Source: Eledone cirrhosa
Lineage: Eukaryota
Assembly (NCBI GenBank): GCA_964016885.1
Contig: OZ024740.1
Location: 188,170,001-188,234,000, forward strand
Direction: 5' to 3'
Length of the DNA: 64,000 bases
The first letter of the stretch is position 1. The number at the start of each line of letters is the position of its first letter. This document shows positions 11,711 through 25,277 of the stretch, one piece after another. Below the pieces are notes generated by a model. It was not told where the DNA came from and searched no databases. It saw nothing but the letters and a program-made list of their open reading frames with translations. A program made the translations under genes and the position numbers.

Positions 11711-12485
11711 ATGTGTATCGTATATAAATAATCTCAGTATGTGATTTCACTATGTATGAACGTGTGACTATGCATATTGCTATGAAGAATTACATTCATA
11801 TAAACCATACCAACATGTATTTTAATATATATCAATGTTCTATGCAAACATTCACATAAATGAAAGTGATGATAGGAAGATACAGTAATTATAGTTCACC
11901 TGGTTGGTATATCTAATTAATTTCAATTAAGCAGTTTTCTTCATTTATATACGAGTTCATGCCAATCGTTTCACTGCTAAAGAAAATCACGAGATCTGTA
12001 TAATTTATTGAAAACAATCACCCATGAAAAAAACAATGAAATCTGTGAATAATCCAAAGAAACAAAATTAGTGTATTGGTAATATTCCTCCTACACAAAA
12101 TTACCTGATTTTTTTTGTACAAATTGAATTTATTTCTAATCCTCTAAATCATGTTTTACCTTCTGTTGTATTTCAAGATAGTTTTCCAAATTTTAATTTA
12201 ATTAAATATGCATTATACTGAATGAAATTGATAGTTTCATTGACATGATACCTTTCAGCATAATAATAATAATTAATTGTTTTTATTAATTTTCTTAACA
12301 TTAAAAGTAATGAATTATCTTTTATGTATCATCAGTGTGATGAAGAGATAAATAGTACTGAATATGTTTTTATCCTTATTAATATTGATCATTAATGAGC
12401 CCAAATTTAGTTTTCATATATTGTAAATCATATTTCAAATCCTGCTATTATTCTTTCACACATCATTATATGTTATTTGAGATTA

Positions 12486-12664
12486 GGGCGGTGGATTGGC
12501 AGTATCGGTAAAGGGTCGGATGCCATGCTTTGTAGCACAGTTACGTCCCTTTACGGACTGAGTTCAAATCCTGCCGAGGTTAACTTTGCCTTTCATCCTT
12601 ATGGGGTCAATAAAATAAAGTACCAGTGGGATAATTGCTGGCCTTGTGCCAAAAGTAGAAACAG
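12486..12664 (+). mobile_element. SINE family 1
   Basis: Near full-length match to 13242-13430 and 54927-55112. Confidence 0.88.
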
Positions 12665-13029
12665 TTATATGTTATTTGAGATTAAAAAAGAAACAACAAT
12701 AAATATGTTCTGGTTTATTTTAAGTATTAGAATATTTAATATTTTTTCACTCCGAATTCAAAATGTGTTATGGTTAAGTTTGCTTTTCATTCTTTTGTGG
12801 TTGAGAAAATGCACAGTGAGCAATATGCACAGTGAGCAATATATAAACTATCATCTTCTAAATTGTGTATCGTTCTGACCAAGTTTATAATGAACATTAT
12901 TATGATTAATATTTTCATTTTTGCTCTGCATTTCTTCTGGGGTGAATTTAATTGGCTTTCCCCTTCTTCTCAATTTTTGGCCTTGTGCTTATTTTAGAGA
13001 CAATACATTCTTTTGTTTTTAATATAATT

Positions 13030-13225
13030 GAAGAGTGATGGATTGACAGAATTGGGAAAGCATCGGATGAAATGCGATTGTAGTGCTTTTCTGGCTCTTT
13101 AGATTCTGAATTCAAATTTCTTATGGGTTTGATAATATATAATATCAGAAATGCAGTGGGGTCGATTTAATAGATTTCTTCATTACCCAAAATTACAAAA
13201 GCTTTGTGATGAAATCAGAAACCAT
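13030..13225 (+). mobile_element. Old SINE family 1-related copy
   Basis: ttgacagaat...ctgaattcaaat...ggggtcgattt...tcagaaacc. Confidence 0.55.
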
Positions 13226-13241
13226 TATTATTATTATTATT

Positions 13242-13453
13242 GGGCGGTGAATTGGCAGTATCGGTAGATGGTCGGACGCCATGCTTTCCAGCATAGTTAC
13301 GTCCCTTTATGATCTGAGTTCAAATCCCGCCGAGGTTGACTTTGCCTTTCATCCTTACGGGGTCGATAAAATAAAGTACCAGTAATGCACTGGGTAATTG
13401 CTGGCCTTGTGCCTAAAGTAGAAACAATTATTATTATTATTATTATTATTATT
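13242..13453 (+). mobile_element. SINE family 1 with (TTA)n tail
   Basis: Full-length copy flanked by (TTA)n on both sides. Confidence 0.9.
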
Positions 13454-15061
13454 AGGTTTTCAACCGGTTTATGTTTAAAACCTAATAGTTTTTCAATTCC
13501 ATTATCTTTTTTGGAATGTAGATTTTGTTTGTTTTGGTGCTATTTTAATGTTTTGTTTGTTGTTTAGAGTATGTATAATGTGAGCTATGTTATTTTGTTA
13601 GGTGTTGAATATGCTTTGAGTGTGTCCTATGATTGGTGTTATGTGTTCCTCTCTCAGAGGTGGATTGTGTAGAATGTGTGATTTTCATTGTACCAATGCG
13701 CTTCTGCTGTGTAGAATATAAGTTGTATGTGCATCTATGTTATAGTGTAGGTTATCAGTTGCTGCCTTTTGTTATTACTATTATTATTTATACTAATTTA
13801 AATGGTAGATCATTGGACAAAATTCTTTGTGGTATTTAGTAATGTGTTAATACATTGACTTAAATCCTACCAAAGTCAGCTTCATCTTTCATCCTTCTGT
13901 GCTTATTAAGATAAATGCCAGGTAATACAATTGATTAATTGATTATATTCCTCCCACATAACTTGTGGCATTGTACTAAAAGTAAAAATCAATTTATTCA
14001 TGTCCCCATGTCAGAGAAATCCTAAAGTGCTGACCTAAATGTGTAGGGGTCTTTAGTCATATTATGGAATTCAGCTTGAACCCTAGCTTTTATTTCTCAG
14101 TAATAATTAAATAATTTTTTATGTTATTTGTTGATCATGAATTATTGTGGTAAATATGTAATAACAAAGTTGAAATCCATAATATAACAGCATACTATTT
14201 TGTATGTTCTCAGTTACAGTATAATATGAAGTTATCTATTCTGTATTAATATGTGTATGTGTGTATACATCTGTGTATATATGTGAAATGTTTATATTTA
14301 TAGATAATTTGTGTATTTGTGTGTGCATTATGCTATACATTATACATGATATAATCATTCATACTACTTCAAACAAAAGTTAAAAGAAAATATGCATATT
14401 AACATAGTTTCATATTTTAAGATTGAATATGAATACAATGTAATCAGTAATGATTTAATATCACTCATTATCAGATTTGATATATCATTTAAGCTTAGCA
14501 TTTGAGGAATATCTCTTATGAAAGCTCTGAAATGAAATGAAAGTTTGTAAATAAATCTACCAAGCAATGAGTGATTGTATTATTGTTTAAAGGGGGGGGG
14601 GGGGCGTGGGAGATAATCTATTGTTAAAACTTTAAAATGCATAATAAACATATTTTCTTTGTTGGTAAATTACAGAGGGATTTCTCAATCAATACTTAGA
14701 AAAAAGGACTTGTAATAATTAAAAAAATGAGGATAATGTTGTGGTTCAATTCGAAATTCAATTGTGCTATGAACAATTTTCTTGGTTAGTGAATTAACTA
14801 AAATATAATTGCAATTTTCATCTAGAAAATTAAAGTATTTATATCCTGTTTTGCGAACTCCTAACAATATGTAGTGTTATGTGTTTTTACATTTATGTTT
14901 AATGTATACTTAGCATAAAATTTCAAATGCTTTGTTTTAATGTTGCATAGATTATTGTTCAATACCAGTTCAGTCTTGTCCAGGAAAACCTATGGTCAAA
15001 AACATTCCAGCAGTAACTCTTCTGTTTTTGCTTTTTAAATTCATATCTAGGACTAAATTCC

Positions 15062-15195
15062 TATCTCCCAGGAGGTACAACTGGTAGATAATATCAGCAA
15101 TGGGAAAGACCAATGGAAAAATGTTCTCCTTGGTCTGATCTGATGCATTTCACCCCACTCTGTAAGCAAGTGAGGTCTAGAATCTTGTTAATTCA
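15062..15195 (+). repeat. Unclassified ~130-bp dispersed repeat (also ~21535-21655, 22501-22592, 28018-28100)
   Basis: Shared caatggaaacatt...ccttggtctgat.tgacga...ccccactcggtaag...gatcttgtcaat in four copies. Confidence 0.75.
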
Positions 15196-17504
15196 GATAA
15201 ACAAAAATTCATATCTGTGTACTTCCTTTATTAAAACGGTTAGATGTGTTTTAAAGGAGATTTAGCTGATAATGCTACTAGGTAAAGCAACCCCATAGTG
15301 GCTTCCTTGTAATACATTTCATATATATAAAAGAAGGGGAAAAATATATTTTAGAAAATAGTATTGCTGGACAAATGAAGATGTGAATATGTGAATACAT
15401 TTCATAGTTCAGTGATATAATATGCAATATCTGTAAGCAGTTGTTAAAAAGACGTGGTTGCATATAAAAAACAAGAACTTGTGTTCTTTTTTTATCATGA
15501 TGGTAGAAGAGATATTAATTTACTAGTAAACAATTCCAAGTGCACTTACATAATTAATTAACTAACAAAGAAAAGAAGTTGTTTGTTTTATTTTATCTTA
15601 AATGTTAATAAACTGACTGAAAGAATTTAAGCTTTTATAATTTATCATGACTAACAAACTATAGATATAGTATACTTCTGCTTTTATATTAAACTTTATT
15701 TGAAATGAGAAATGTAACAATAATAATGTTATTTTCTATTTCAATTTACATAAGGATATATAGTACTTAAGACAGAAATATTGTTCATAAACGCATTCTT
15801 TTTATAATCTATCATCACATCAGTTTTATCATGTCATAATTATCACAGTAATAATGATACTCTATTTTAGTTTAACAATGTCAATTCAAGTAATATTTGA
15901 TGTAAAACATTGTCAAAGATACAATAAGATGGATTTAATTACACTGATATCTTGTTTGATTTCTCATTTTCCTAGATTGTAAAGATATGGGAGCTAAACA
16001 CTAGAAATTAATTTTCCACGTTATCATTGATGGAAAAACAAAGAAAAAAAAGCTGTTTGTTTTAAAATCTCAGTCTATCTCTACTCTAAATTCATTATAT
16101 ATCGATTATAATATTTTGGTGCTATGATATTCAAATAATGATTTCTTTTTGTTAAAACAAGAACATTGCATATTTTTTGTAACTGATGACCTTATAGTTG
16201 ATAGAAAGATTTGCTGGATATTATTGAGTACTTTGTTGATGCTAGAGGGATAAGTATATAAAATTAACCCTTTTGGGATTTGGACAAATAAATAGGAAAT
16301 ATCAAAATAAATACTATATTTAGCATTTTACCATATTTGCTGAATGAGACAGAAGGCTAGAGATTCAAACTGTATGTTTTCCAGCTGCCCCCTTCTCTTT
16401 CTTTCTTCCTTTTTCTTCTTTCTTTCCTAGTTTTGTTATTTCAATAGATCTTTTCTATTCAATTTCTATACCAGATGTAATGGTTTTGCAAAATCAGACG
16501 TTTTTATGAATTGTTGGAGCAGTTGTTTTGAATATTGATTATTTCTTAAAGCCACTAACTCAACCATGAACTAGAGGATGATAGATATTTTTCTGCTTGG
16601 TCAAATTGGCAAGTAAATTATTGTGCTTTTTTTCTTATTTAAAAGAACACATAGCACTTCATTGTCTGTGTTGGAGCATTCTAGGTTAGTAGACCAGCAA
16701 CTTACTTTTGACAACTGCATTAACTCTGTTTGTAAATATAGTAAGGCTGGCCGAAAGTATATCATCTCTACACATTTCTAATGCTAGTGCAAGAAAGCAT
16801 TTAGGATTAAGTTAGGTATTCAATATATTATCTTGTATTCATGGCATTATACCTAACCCATGAAGAAAAAATGAGAGATATCATCAGTCAATTAGCTCAG
16901 CTATGTCCCTCCCCCACCAATATACTCCTTATCTACTAAGATATTCTGAAACCCACATATATTGAATAAGTCTGATGAATGCAATATAATGAAAAAATAA
17001 CAATGTTACAATATTATCTACATAATGTACAATGATAGGCTTGCAACGAAAGCAAAATAAATGCCATTATCCTTAGTCGGCACTTTTCGTATATTCTGAA
17101 TGAATTAATACTCAAACCAGATAGAAGCTGTGAAAAATGACGGTAATCTTTCACTTATACATCATCAATTTTCTGCTGGTTCATTCTTTCTCCTTGTTGC
17201 TTTACTATTCATGTCACTGAGTATTTTGGATATTTTAATAATATTATTTTTGATTGGTGTTTGCAGAAACAACATATTCAAGCATATTCACAGACATCAC
17301 AAATACACATAGACAGATGCATGTATAGCCAAAAACAAACATAAGCAGTATGTCTGATTTATACAAATAAGTTCATTGTTAATTTATATACATTTGTGGT
17401 ATAAGACTTATGAACTTGTAAACTCTTGAGAATCTGAGTTTGCTGTGCAATTACAGTTTCCAGATGAGCCTTTTATGTTACAGTATATATATATATATAT
17501 ATAT

Positions 17505-17815
17505 ATAGAATTCTCTTGGCCTTTGTCACTAGAGCTTTAAAGTAGAGCTTTAAAGTAGAGCTTTAAAGAATTAGTTTTAAAGAATTTCCCTTTTCTTTAA
17601 ATCCATCAACCATGACCGACCCCCAACCATCTTATAGACATCTGAAATATAGGCATTGTTAGCCTAAGAGAAACTTAAAAATAAGGAGTGGCTCCCCAAT
17701 CTGAACTTGTTTATAGAATTCTTTCTGCCTTTGTCACTCTAAATATAAATTATAGCCTTAAGAATTACCTTTTAATGAATTCCCTTTTCTTTCAACCAAT
17801 GACCTCCAGCCATCC
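17505..17815. repeat. Degenerate direct duplication with internal 13-bp tandem (agagctttaaagt x3)
   Basis: tatagaattct...gcctttgtcact...cccttttcttt...ccatc occurs at ~17505 and ~17712. Confidence 0.6.
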
Positions 17816-18019
17816 CACTCCCCACACTCTCCTACCACCTGAAAAGACATAAATAACACAACATTTATTTTGGAAAGACAGATTCTTGATGATTTCTAAA
17901 GAATGAAACAGTTCCAGTCCTGTAGAATCTCATCTATATTAAAACTTTTATACTCTGCTATGTATTGAGTACCTTACTTACTGTGGTTACCTCCAATTCA
18001 ACCTGGAATAACTTACCTA

Positions 18020-18360
18020 TCATCATCATCATCATCATTTTACGTCCGCTTTTCCCTGCTTGCAAGGGTGGGACGGGAACTGATTCTGGCTTGATTTCTA
18101 CAGCTGGATGCCCTTCCTAACACCAACCTCATTTACAGTGAGTGCTGGGTGCTGTTTTGTTGTGGCACCTCCACGACCACTTTGCAGTGGAATTATATTG
18201 ACCCCAGTCCCTATCATCTCATTTCTACAGCTGAGTAAACTGGAGCAATGTGAAATAAAGAGTCTTGCTCAAGGAAACAACACATCACCAGGTCTGAGAA
18301 TTGAACTCACAACCTTTCGATTGCAAGGCCAATGCTCTAACCACTAAGCCATGTGCCTCC
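18020..18360 (-). mobile_element. Full-length tRNA-head SINE (family 2) with RTE-derived 3' tail
   Basis: Minus-strand head ggaggcacatggcttagtggttagagc...gagttcaattc (A/B boxes). 18020-18188 matches the RTE 3' UTR and (CAT)n tail. Same junction at 61295-61625. Confidence 0.85.
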
Positions 18361-18370
18361 ATATATATAT

Positions 18371-18446
18371 GTGAAGGCTAATATCAGAAGAGGGCTCGAT
18401 AAGGATAATATATATATAAAAATATATAAAAACGGTAGAGCAAATA
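18371..18446 (-). mobile_element. Family A tail-only insertion in (TA)n
   Basis: agagggctcgataaggataa...cggtagagcaaata is the reverse complement of ~1057-1130. Confidence 0.7.
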
Positions 18447-19089
18447 ATATATATATATATATATGAAAATAGATGAAAATCCAACATGCAATGAATCTGT
18501 TGTATCTACAAAATCTCAATTCAAGATATATGGTGCATTGTAAATATGGTATGTAAAATGGAGGTGTGACTCAGCTAAGCTGCTTATGTGGTTCGCAAGG
18601 ATATAAAATCTAACGATAGAAGTGGAATACAAAGTTCACAACAAACCTGACAATTTCTCTACAATTGTGTATGTGTGTGTAGGGGGGAGTTTCAATATTA
18701 AGTTATTGATAACTATTAAGTTCTTTGTAAGTTGAATATCAGATACACTTCAGTCAGATCATTTCATTTGTCCAGATCATTTCATTTGACTTAGTTATTT
18801 CTGGTTTGTATTTGCAATTTCTGACCATAGTTAATTGTCTGGAAAAGTATTCACATGACACTATATGATGATAAAGCCTTTTGTATTTGCACAGTATTCC
18901 ATTAAGACTTATGAAATATTCTTCTTTTTTAGTAGCCACCATTTGATTTTCATCTAAATATATTACTGAAATCTCAAATGAAGTTGTCTGACTGGTGCCA
19001 TTCATTTAATAATATATTATTAATTTATGTAGAGAGTAATTTGATATAAAGCACACATACACAATGGACCACTGTAATAATAAATTTCA

Positions 19090-19790
19090 TCAGAAAAAAG
19101 TAGCAACAAATTCTGTCTGCATGCATGTTTATTAAATGTTTATAAACCTGTGACAAATGCAACACATATTACCTAAAAAATGTGAATAAACTTCATAGAA
19201 CTTTTTTTTGTTTTGAGATGCGCCACTTAAGATATGCCTTATAAAAATGGATAACTGCCATTTCTGATGATGAATTGAAAGCTGTCATTGAATTTATGCC
19301 AAATAAAATTGTTCAGGAGCTTTCAGAACTTTTAATAAAAGTTATGAAATTATTCACCTACAGTTACATCAAACCACCTCCCCCAAAAAAGAAGGAAAAG
19401 AGTATTAATGAAGCAAGTAGGAATCTTATGTATTTGACAAAAGGTAAAAGCTCACGAAATTTGTATGCCTCGTCTTTTGTATTAGTGAATTGAATTGAAT
19501 TGTTGTTTGGATTGATTAGTGATTCATTATGAATATTGGGTCTGTACATAACTTTAAAGCAATCATATGATTAGATATAACATTTAATGGTTTTATGCAG
19601 CTGATTTCAAAGGCAAGGCTTCATATTCTCAATGGTGTGCCTGATATTGTTGATCACAAGATGTTGAGTTCTGGCCAAACAATCAGAGGTAGGTCCAAGT
19701 TCAGTGAGTTTATAAAGTATTGGACCAATAAGTCATACTCTTGTTAATTGAAAATAAATATTGTTTCAAGGTAGGGCAAAGCACAGTGAG
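19090..19790 (+). pseudogene. Decayed mariner-type transposase fragments
   Basis: ISDDELKAVIEFMPNKIVQELSELL resembles the mariner HTH region; further degenerate GQTI-like segments lie downstream. Confidence 0.5.
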
Positions 19791-21879
19791 TGACTTGAGA
19801 TAGTCCTAATTTCTTGCTGTGGTATATTCATCATGAGTTGAATAATCTGCTTGATGAAGCTCTCATCACCTACTTTGGAGCCACCTACGTTTTGTAGAAA
19901 ATTTAGCTATTTACATTGTCACTAAAAGGTTACAAAGTGCATGAATATAATTCTTACTTGGCCACTTCACTAACTTATAGTGATGGCATGCTGTCCACTG
20001 AAATCTTTAAACTAAAATATGGAAAGATAATTGGGCTGTAGTTTTCTCAAGTATGACAATATTCTTTACCATATATAACAGTTGTTGGATTAATATTTTC
20101 ATATCCCATATCACTATAATGAAGGAAATGATCATATCTGATTATCGTCTTGAATATCTTGGGTTCTTTGTTGGTATCAGAACAGCTCCTGTCAACTCAC
20201 ATTTGATATAGACTCCCTGCTATTGTGCACTAAATATCTCCTTTCTTGAAATTTCCTTATCACTATATTCCATTCAAATAACATGTAACATTTTGAATTA
20301 AAATATAAACATAAATGCTGCTGATCTCACCCAAGTGTTGCAAACACTAAGTAGACAGGAAAGAAATCTGTCAGAGAATAGGCAAGGTAGGATTAAGATA
20401 TACAGAATATAGTATCCTGCTTAGAGATATTAGATATAAACTTACAAATATAAGCTTGTTTCCTAGTACCTTACCCAGTCATACAATTTATGAGCATACA
20501 AATGTGTGTGTTTCTCTCTCTCTCTCTCTGTATATACATACATATATATATATATTTATATATATATCATTAAATAGCTTTTGTAACTTTGAACTCTTGC
20601 TATTTAGAACAATTTTAATGTAGATTGATTTTTTCTTTCTATGACAGTTTGTGCCTAAATATATATATTGGTATCTATCTTTCTGTTTGTTGAAATGAGA
20701 CAAATGTAATGGGATACTTTACAATTACATTGTATATGGCCGAGGTACAAAATCTGGCATATGAAACATATATCACTCCCTAGTACTGGTCACCTACATG
20801 ATAAATGCATCCAGTGCATGCTGTAAAGTGGCTGGTGATAGGAAGAACATGTTACAATAGAAAGCTTGCTAAACAAAGGGTTCAGAGGACCCTCAGCTGT
20901 GTCAAAGAAATAACATCTTTGGTGCACTCGTAGAATGTGAAACTATACATAAGTGAGATGCATATTCCTGGCATGTCCAGTAGATCAACAGTCCTGCTTC
21001 AGTATTGACTTAGTCTATGTAGACCAGTCCAACCCTTGCTAGCAGGGAAAGCAGATGTTAAAACTATGACGATGGTGACCCTGGCAACCTAACTACTATA
21101 AGGCAATTAATTTTAAGGGTAATTTCGTACAAAATTTCTTTTATTAGATTTGTCTTAGTTTTTTGTTTAATATTGATTTAGTATTTAAAATGTAAACATT
21201 CTCCTCATTCAAATTCTCTGTTCTTTTTTGAGACATTAACTACTTGGAATGCCCCAAATATTACTTTTAGACAACTTTTAACATGAAAAGTTTGAACAGT
21301 GATGAAATAATGATGAAAGCTTATTTTGTGTTTATTAGGTCTTCTATTTAGAAATTGGTTCATTTTCTTAATCCATTGTTTCCATATTTCTAATAAAAGA
21401 ACACCACGTATGGCTTTCAAATAATTAATTTTAATAATCAAGTATTTGGATCTGCAATTGTGAGGGTGCGAGTTTGATTCCTGGTTGAAGCAATACGTTA
21501 TGTCCTTGAGCAAGACACTTTATCTCACATTTGTCTTTCTTCCAGGAGTTGCAACTGGTAGATACTATTAGTAATAGAAACATTGTTTTCTTAATCTGAT
21601 TTAACGAATTCTAACCCACTTGGTAAGTAGATGAGGTCTGGGATCCTTTTGATCATTTCAATTCCCAGTAATATAACTTATTTCCTCATTATTAAGATGG
21701 TGTTTGGGTAAATCGTAACAAAGATTCTTACTTAAAGATATGATGTATGTTTTTTTACATAAATATAAGTACTTTAAAACTAACAGTCTGGTATTGAGAA
21801 AAAGAAGTTTTTTAGGGGGTTTGGTATCAAAAGGGATAATATTGAAATATTCACTTCAACTAGACCCTGAAAAGTGGTC

Positions 21880-22263
21880 CTATTGGTGACAAAAAAACAA
21901 AACAACAAAAAAAAAAACAGCCAGATAACCCTGTAAGATGGTCATGTTTGTGACATTAAAAACAGTCAGACCACCCTGTAAAGTGGTTGTGGTGGGGTCA
22001 CAACAAAAGCTCTGGGTCCACCCTGTTAGCTGGTTATGCTGGTGATATGATGGAGAAGTACCCAGGTGGTCGTGTTGGTGGCACAATAAAAACCACCTAG
22101 TGCACATGTAAATGTCATTGGGAAGTGCATTCAGCCATAGAAACCAAGCCAGAAACAATTTGTATGAGCAAAACATGGTCGCCTGATCTGTTATGTCTCA
22201 CAATGAGACATCTCATCTAACCCATGTTAGCATGGAAAACAGACATCAAACAGTGATGATGAC
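21880..22263 (+). mobile_element. Decayed RTE 3' UTR with tandem subrepeats
   Basis: Several ccctgtaa...gtggt units, then aacccatgttagcatggaaaacagac...gatgatga. Confidence 0.7.
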
Positions 22264-23529
22264 AATATATTTTTATCTTATCAATATGACAATGATTTCT
22301 TATATAGGCACAAAATATCAAATTTAGTGTAGAGGTGTAATCAATCATACCAACCCTAATATTAACTGGCATTTATTTTATTGATAACAGAAGGATGAAT
22401 TGTGAACTTCACATTAGCAGATGCTATTAATGAGTACATTGCAAATGCCAAATATTTCTCTTAATTTAGATAGTTTTTTACAAGATCTTAAAATATTTTA
22501 TAATATCAGCAATGGAAACATTCTTTCCTTGGTCTAATTTGACAAGTTCCACCCCACTCGGTAAGCGAATAAAATCTGGGATCTTGTCAATCAAACTTTG
22601 TACTATGCTATGTCCAAAATGAATTGGAGTAAATTTAAAACCTGCTTGCTAAAAAATGGTAAATGCATTCGCAGGCATAAAGAAATATAAACTTACTTTG
22701 AAATACTTGTAATTGATGATGTGTGACACTTCAAGCAAAAGATTTATGAAAGATCTTAACTCTATATGTTTAAACATAAAGAATTTGTGAGTATCTTTGT
22801 TGTTTAATTTAGAAAGCACCTGAACATTAATCAGTATATGTGTGTATGAAACTTAACCTAAGAAGCTCATGCACATGAACACACAAACAAAGCTAGATGT
22901 AGTGAAGAATGAGTAGGATTGCTCATTTCATTGTCAATTATGTTTTGACAGAAAAATATTTTAGTTAAAAAAACATGATGTGCTTTAAAACGTTTTTTAA
23001 AAGTATTCCCATATCTATATATACCATTATAAATATAATGGCAGTAATTTTCCAATACAAAAAAAGTAGGAAAAATTAATCTGTATAGGAAGACACTAGG
23101 TCTGGGTTTTAAATGAAAGCTAAGCCATTTTAAAAAATAAAACCTATGAAATTTCATTGTTTTTACTTTATAAAAATCATTCAAATAAGATTTCATTTAA
23201 ATTGTAGAAACTCAAAGACGTAAGAGGAATGGATAATTGTATTGTAATATGTTTGCTAAATTTATGTAAATGCTGATTAGAAAGATATGCTTTCTTTCAC
23301 ATTAAAACCAGGTTTTAGAAATGGAACCTTTCAAAGCAGTGCAAACGGTTGTTGAATGGCATATCATTCGGAACTTATTCAATAGTCAAACCATGAATAA
23401 TATAAAAAGGTTATTTAAACAACATTCTATAAAGGATTCATTCATTTATTAATAATCTCAAATATCATAGAAAGTCTTGCACTCAGTATATGTATATATA
23501 ATATATATATACACACACACACACATATA

Positions 23530-23600
<71 letters not shown>

Positions 23601-24384
23601 CAAAGGAATTGTGGTAAGGAACCAGAGCTCAAGCCGTTTCGAAGGCTATTTCTGGACTAAATTAGAATTTTTAGCCTGGTGAATAAATAGCCAAACTTGT
23701 CAAGGGGGTACTTCCTTATATGGGAAGATTGTAGTTGTCAAGAAGATTGGTTAAAATTTATTGTAAACGCAAATACGTCTATCATGGCATTTGGTGGAGG
23801 TAGGGGTGGCTGAACTTGCCTGTAGAACAATAGGGGCGTGAGTGGAGTGGTCAAGCTTTGAAAGTGATATGTATACAGCAGATTCTAAGGATAGTGTATG
23901 AAGTGGAGGAGGGAGGTTACAGAATAGGTAAATTGAATGAGAGTAGGAGACAATAAAAGATAATAGAAAAAAAAATATATATATATATTGAGAAATGAAT
24001 AAAAAAAATCACAATGCTATCTTACAATTACAGGTTAATAAATTGAGAATAGAAAAAACTTGTAGAAATTGAATAGTACCAGAACTGATACAAAATTAAA
24101 GGGGTTTAACACGTCTGCTATAAGTAGTTAGTAAAACGTATTCGGCCAATTCTATCTTAAAATTACAGGGGTGGGGGAACTGATGCTACAGGGGCCCGAT
24201 GGGCTGCATTGGGGTAGGCGAAAGGGGAAAAGCAGACGAGGAAGAAAATAGGGGGTGGAGGGAAGTGATAGGATGAGACAGGGGGAAGAAGACAAAGAGG
24301 AAAAGAAAAGAAAAGAGATACATCTACCTAAGTAAGCTGGGGTTTCCCTAACTTATTCGGCAAGTGGGGGGTATCAGCCCTTGT

Positions 24385-24790
24385 CTACCAACCCGGGTCG
24401 TTATGGGGTTTGAGGGCAAGGTAAGTCCTACGCAATCTGTGTTTGCATGCGGTTACCAGTTCATCTTTCTTGTTTAGGAGTTGGTCCTTCGAAAACAGCA
24501 TTTGTAATGTTTCCTCCGAGCATAAGTTACACGGACGGCGTCCTCCCATGTAAGAGTTAGCTCTGGACAGTAAGCTCTAAATGAGATTGTAGGTTATATT
24601 ATTATCTTGGAGGTCCCAGATGTGGCCCGAAAGTGTAGTGGCATGTCGCTGGACCGGGTTTCGGAAAGTATGTTGGTGTTGGTAGAGCCGGGTCTTGAAG
24701 TCACACACGGTTAATCCTATATAAGCTTTGTTGGAGGTGTCCATCCTCACGTTGCACTGGTAGATCACGTTACGTTCTCGACACCCCGAT
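24385..24790 (-). pseudogene. GIY-YIG endonuclease C-terminal domain of PLE
   Basis: VIYQC...KAYIGLTVCDFKTRLYQHQHTF...TTLSGHIWDL...I*SLLSRANSYMGGRRPCNLCSEE...LLNKKDELVTACKHR. The frame continues through one TAG at 24577. Confidence 0.88.
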
Positions 24791-24915
24791 TGTTCTACAG
24801 GAAAGTTCTGCCACCTCTACCTCACACCAAATGCCATGATAGACTGACTTATTTGTGTTTACAATAAATTTTAACCAATCCTCTTGACAACTACAATCTT
24901 CCTATATAAGAAAGT

Positions 24916-25012
24916 ACCCCCTTGATAAGTTTGGCTATTTATTCACCAGGCTAAAAATTCTAATTTAGTCCAGAAATAGCCGTCGAAACAGCTTGAGCTC
25001 TGCCATTGGGGT
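24916..25012 (+). ncRNA. Hammerhead ribozyme motif, UUGAUAA (U3-A8) core, long stem II (family B)
   Basis: accccc-UUGAUAA-gtttggctattt...aaatagccgtc-GAAA-stem III with gagctc palindromic loop-UU-ggggt. Other copies give cggc/gccg and a GUC triplet (49588-49590). Confidence 0.65.
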
Positions 25013-25016
25013 CATA

Positions 25017-25132
<116 letters not shown>

Positions 25133-25233
25133 AGAAAATGAATTGTCTTAAAAAAAAAACGAGATGTCCTACATGGGTGAAAGTATAAGGAAAAGAAATT
25201 GAAAATGCATCTGGTGTCTTTTAAGAATATTTA

Positions 25234-25277
25234 TTTACTTTACCGGTTTCACAGTTCTTATGATTTTCAAAAGTAAA
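25234..25277 (-). ncRNA. Minimal hammerhead ribozyme motif, UUGAAAA core, in a PLE-like remnant next to (TA)n
   Basis: Minus strand: tttactt-UUGAAAA-t ca taagaac tg t-GAAA-ccgg-UA-aagtaaa; 7-bp stem I, palindromic accggt stem III. Confidence 0.65.

Noticed and set aside
12486-13430. tRNA-like A/B boxes as tRNA genes
   Set aside because: No cloverleaf or acceptor stem; they are heads of multi-copy SINEs.
21915-22090. Regularly spaced repeats resembling a CRISPR array
   Set aside because: Degenerate RTE 3' UTR subrepeats without unique spacers, in eukaryotic DNA with no cas genes.
24577-24579. In-frame stop in GIY-YIG considered as recoding (selenocysteine/readthrough)
   Set aside because: The codon is TAG, not TGA, at a position normally Trp (TGG to TAG); simple decay explains it.
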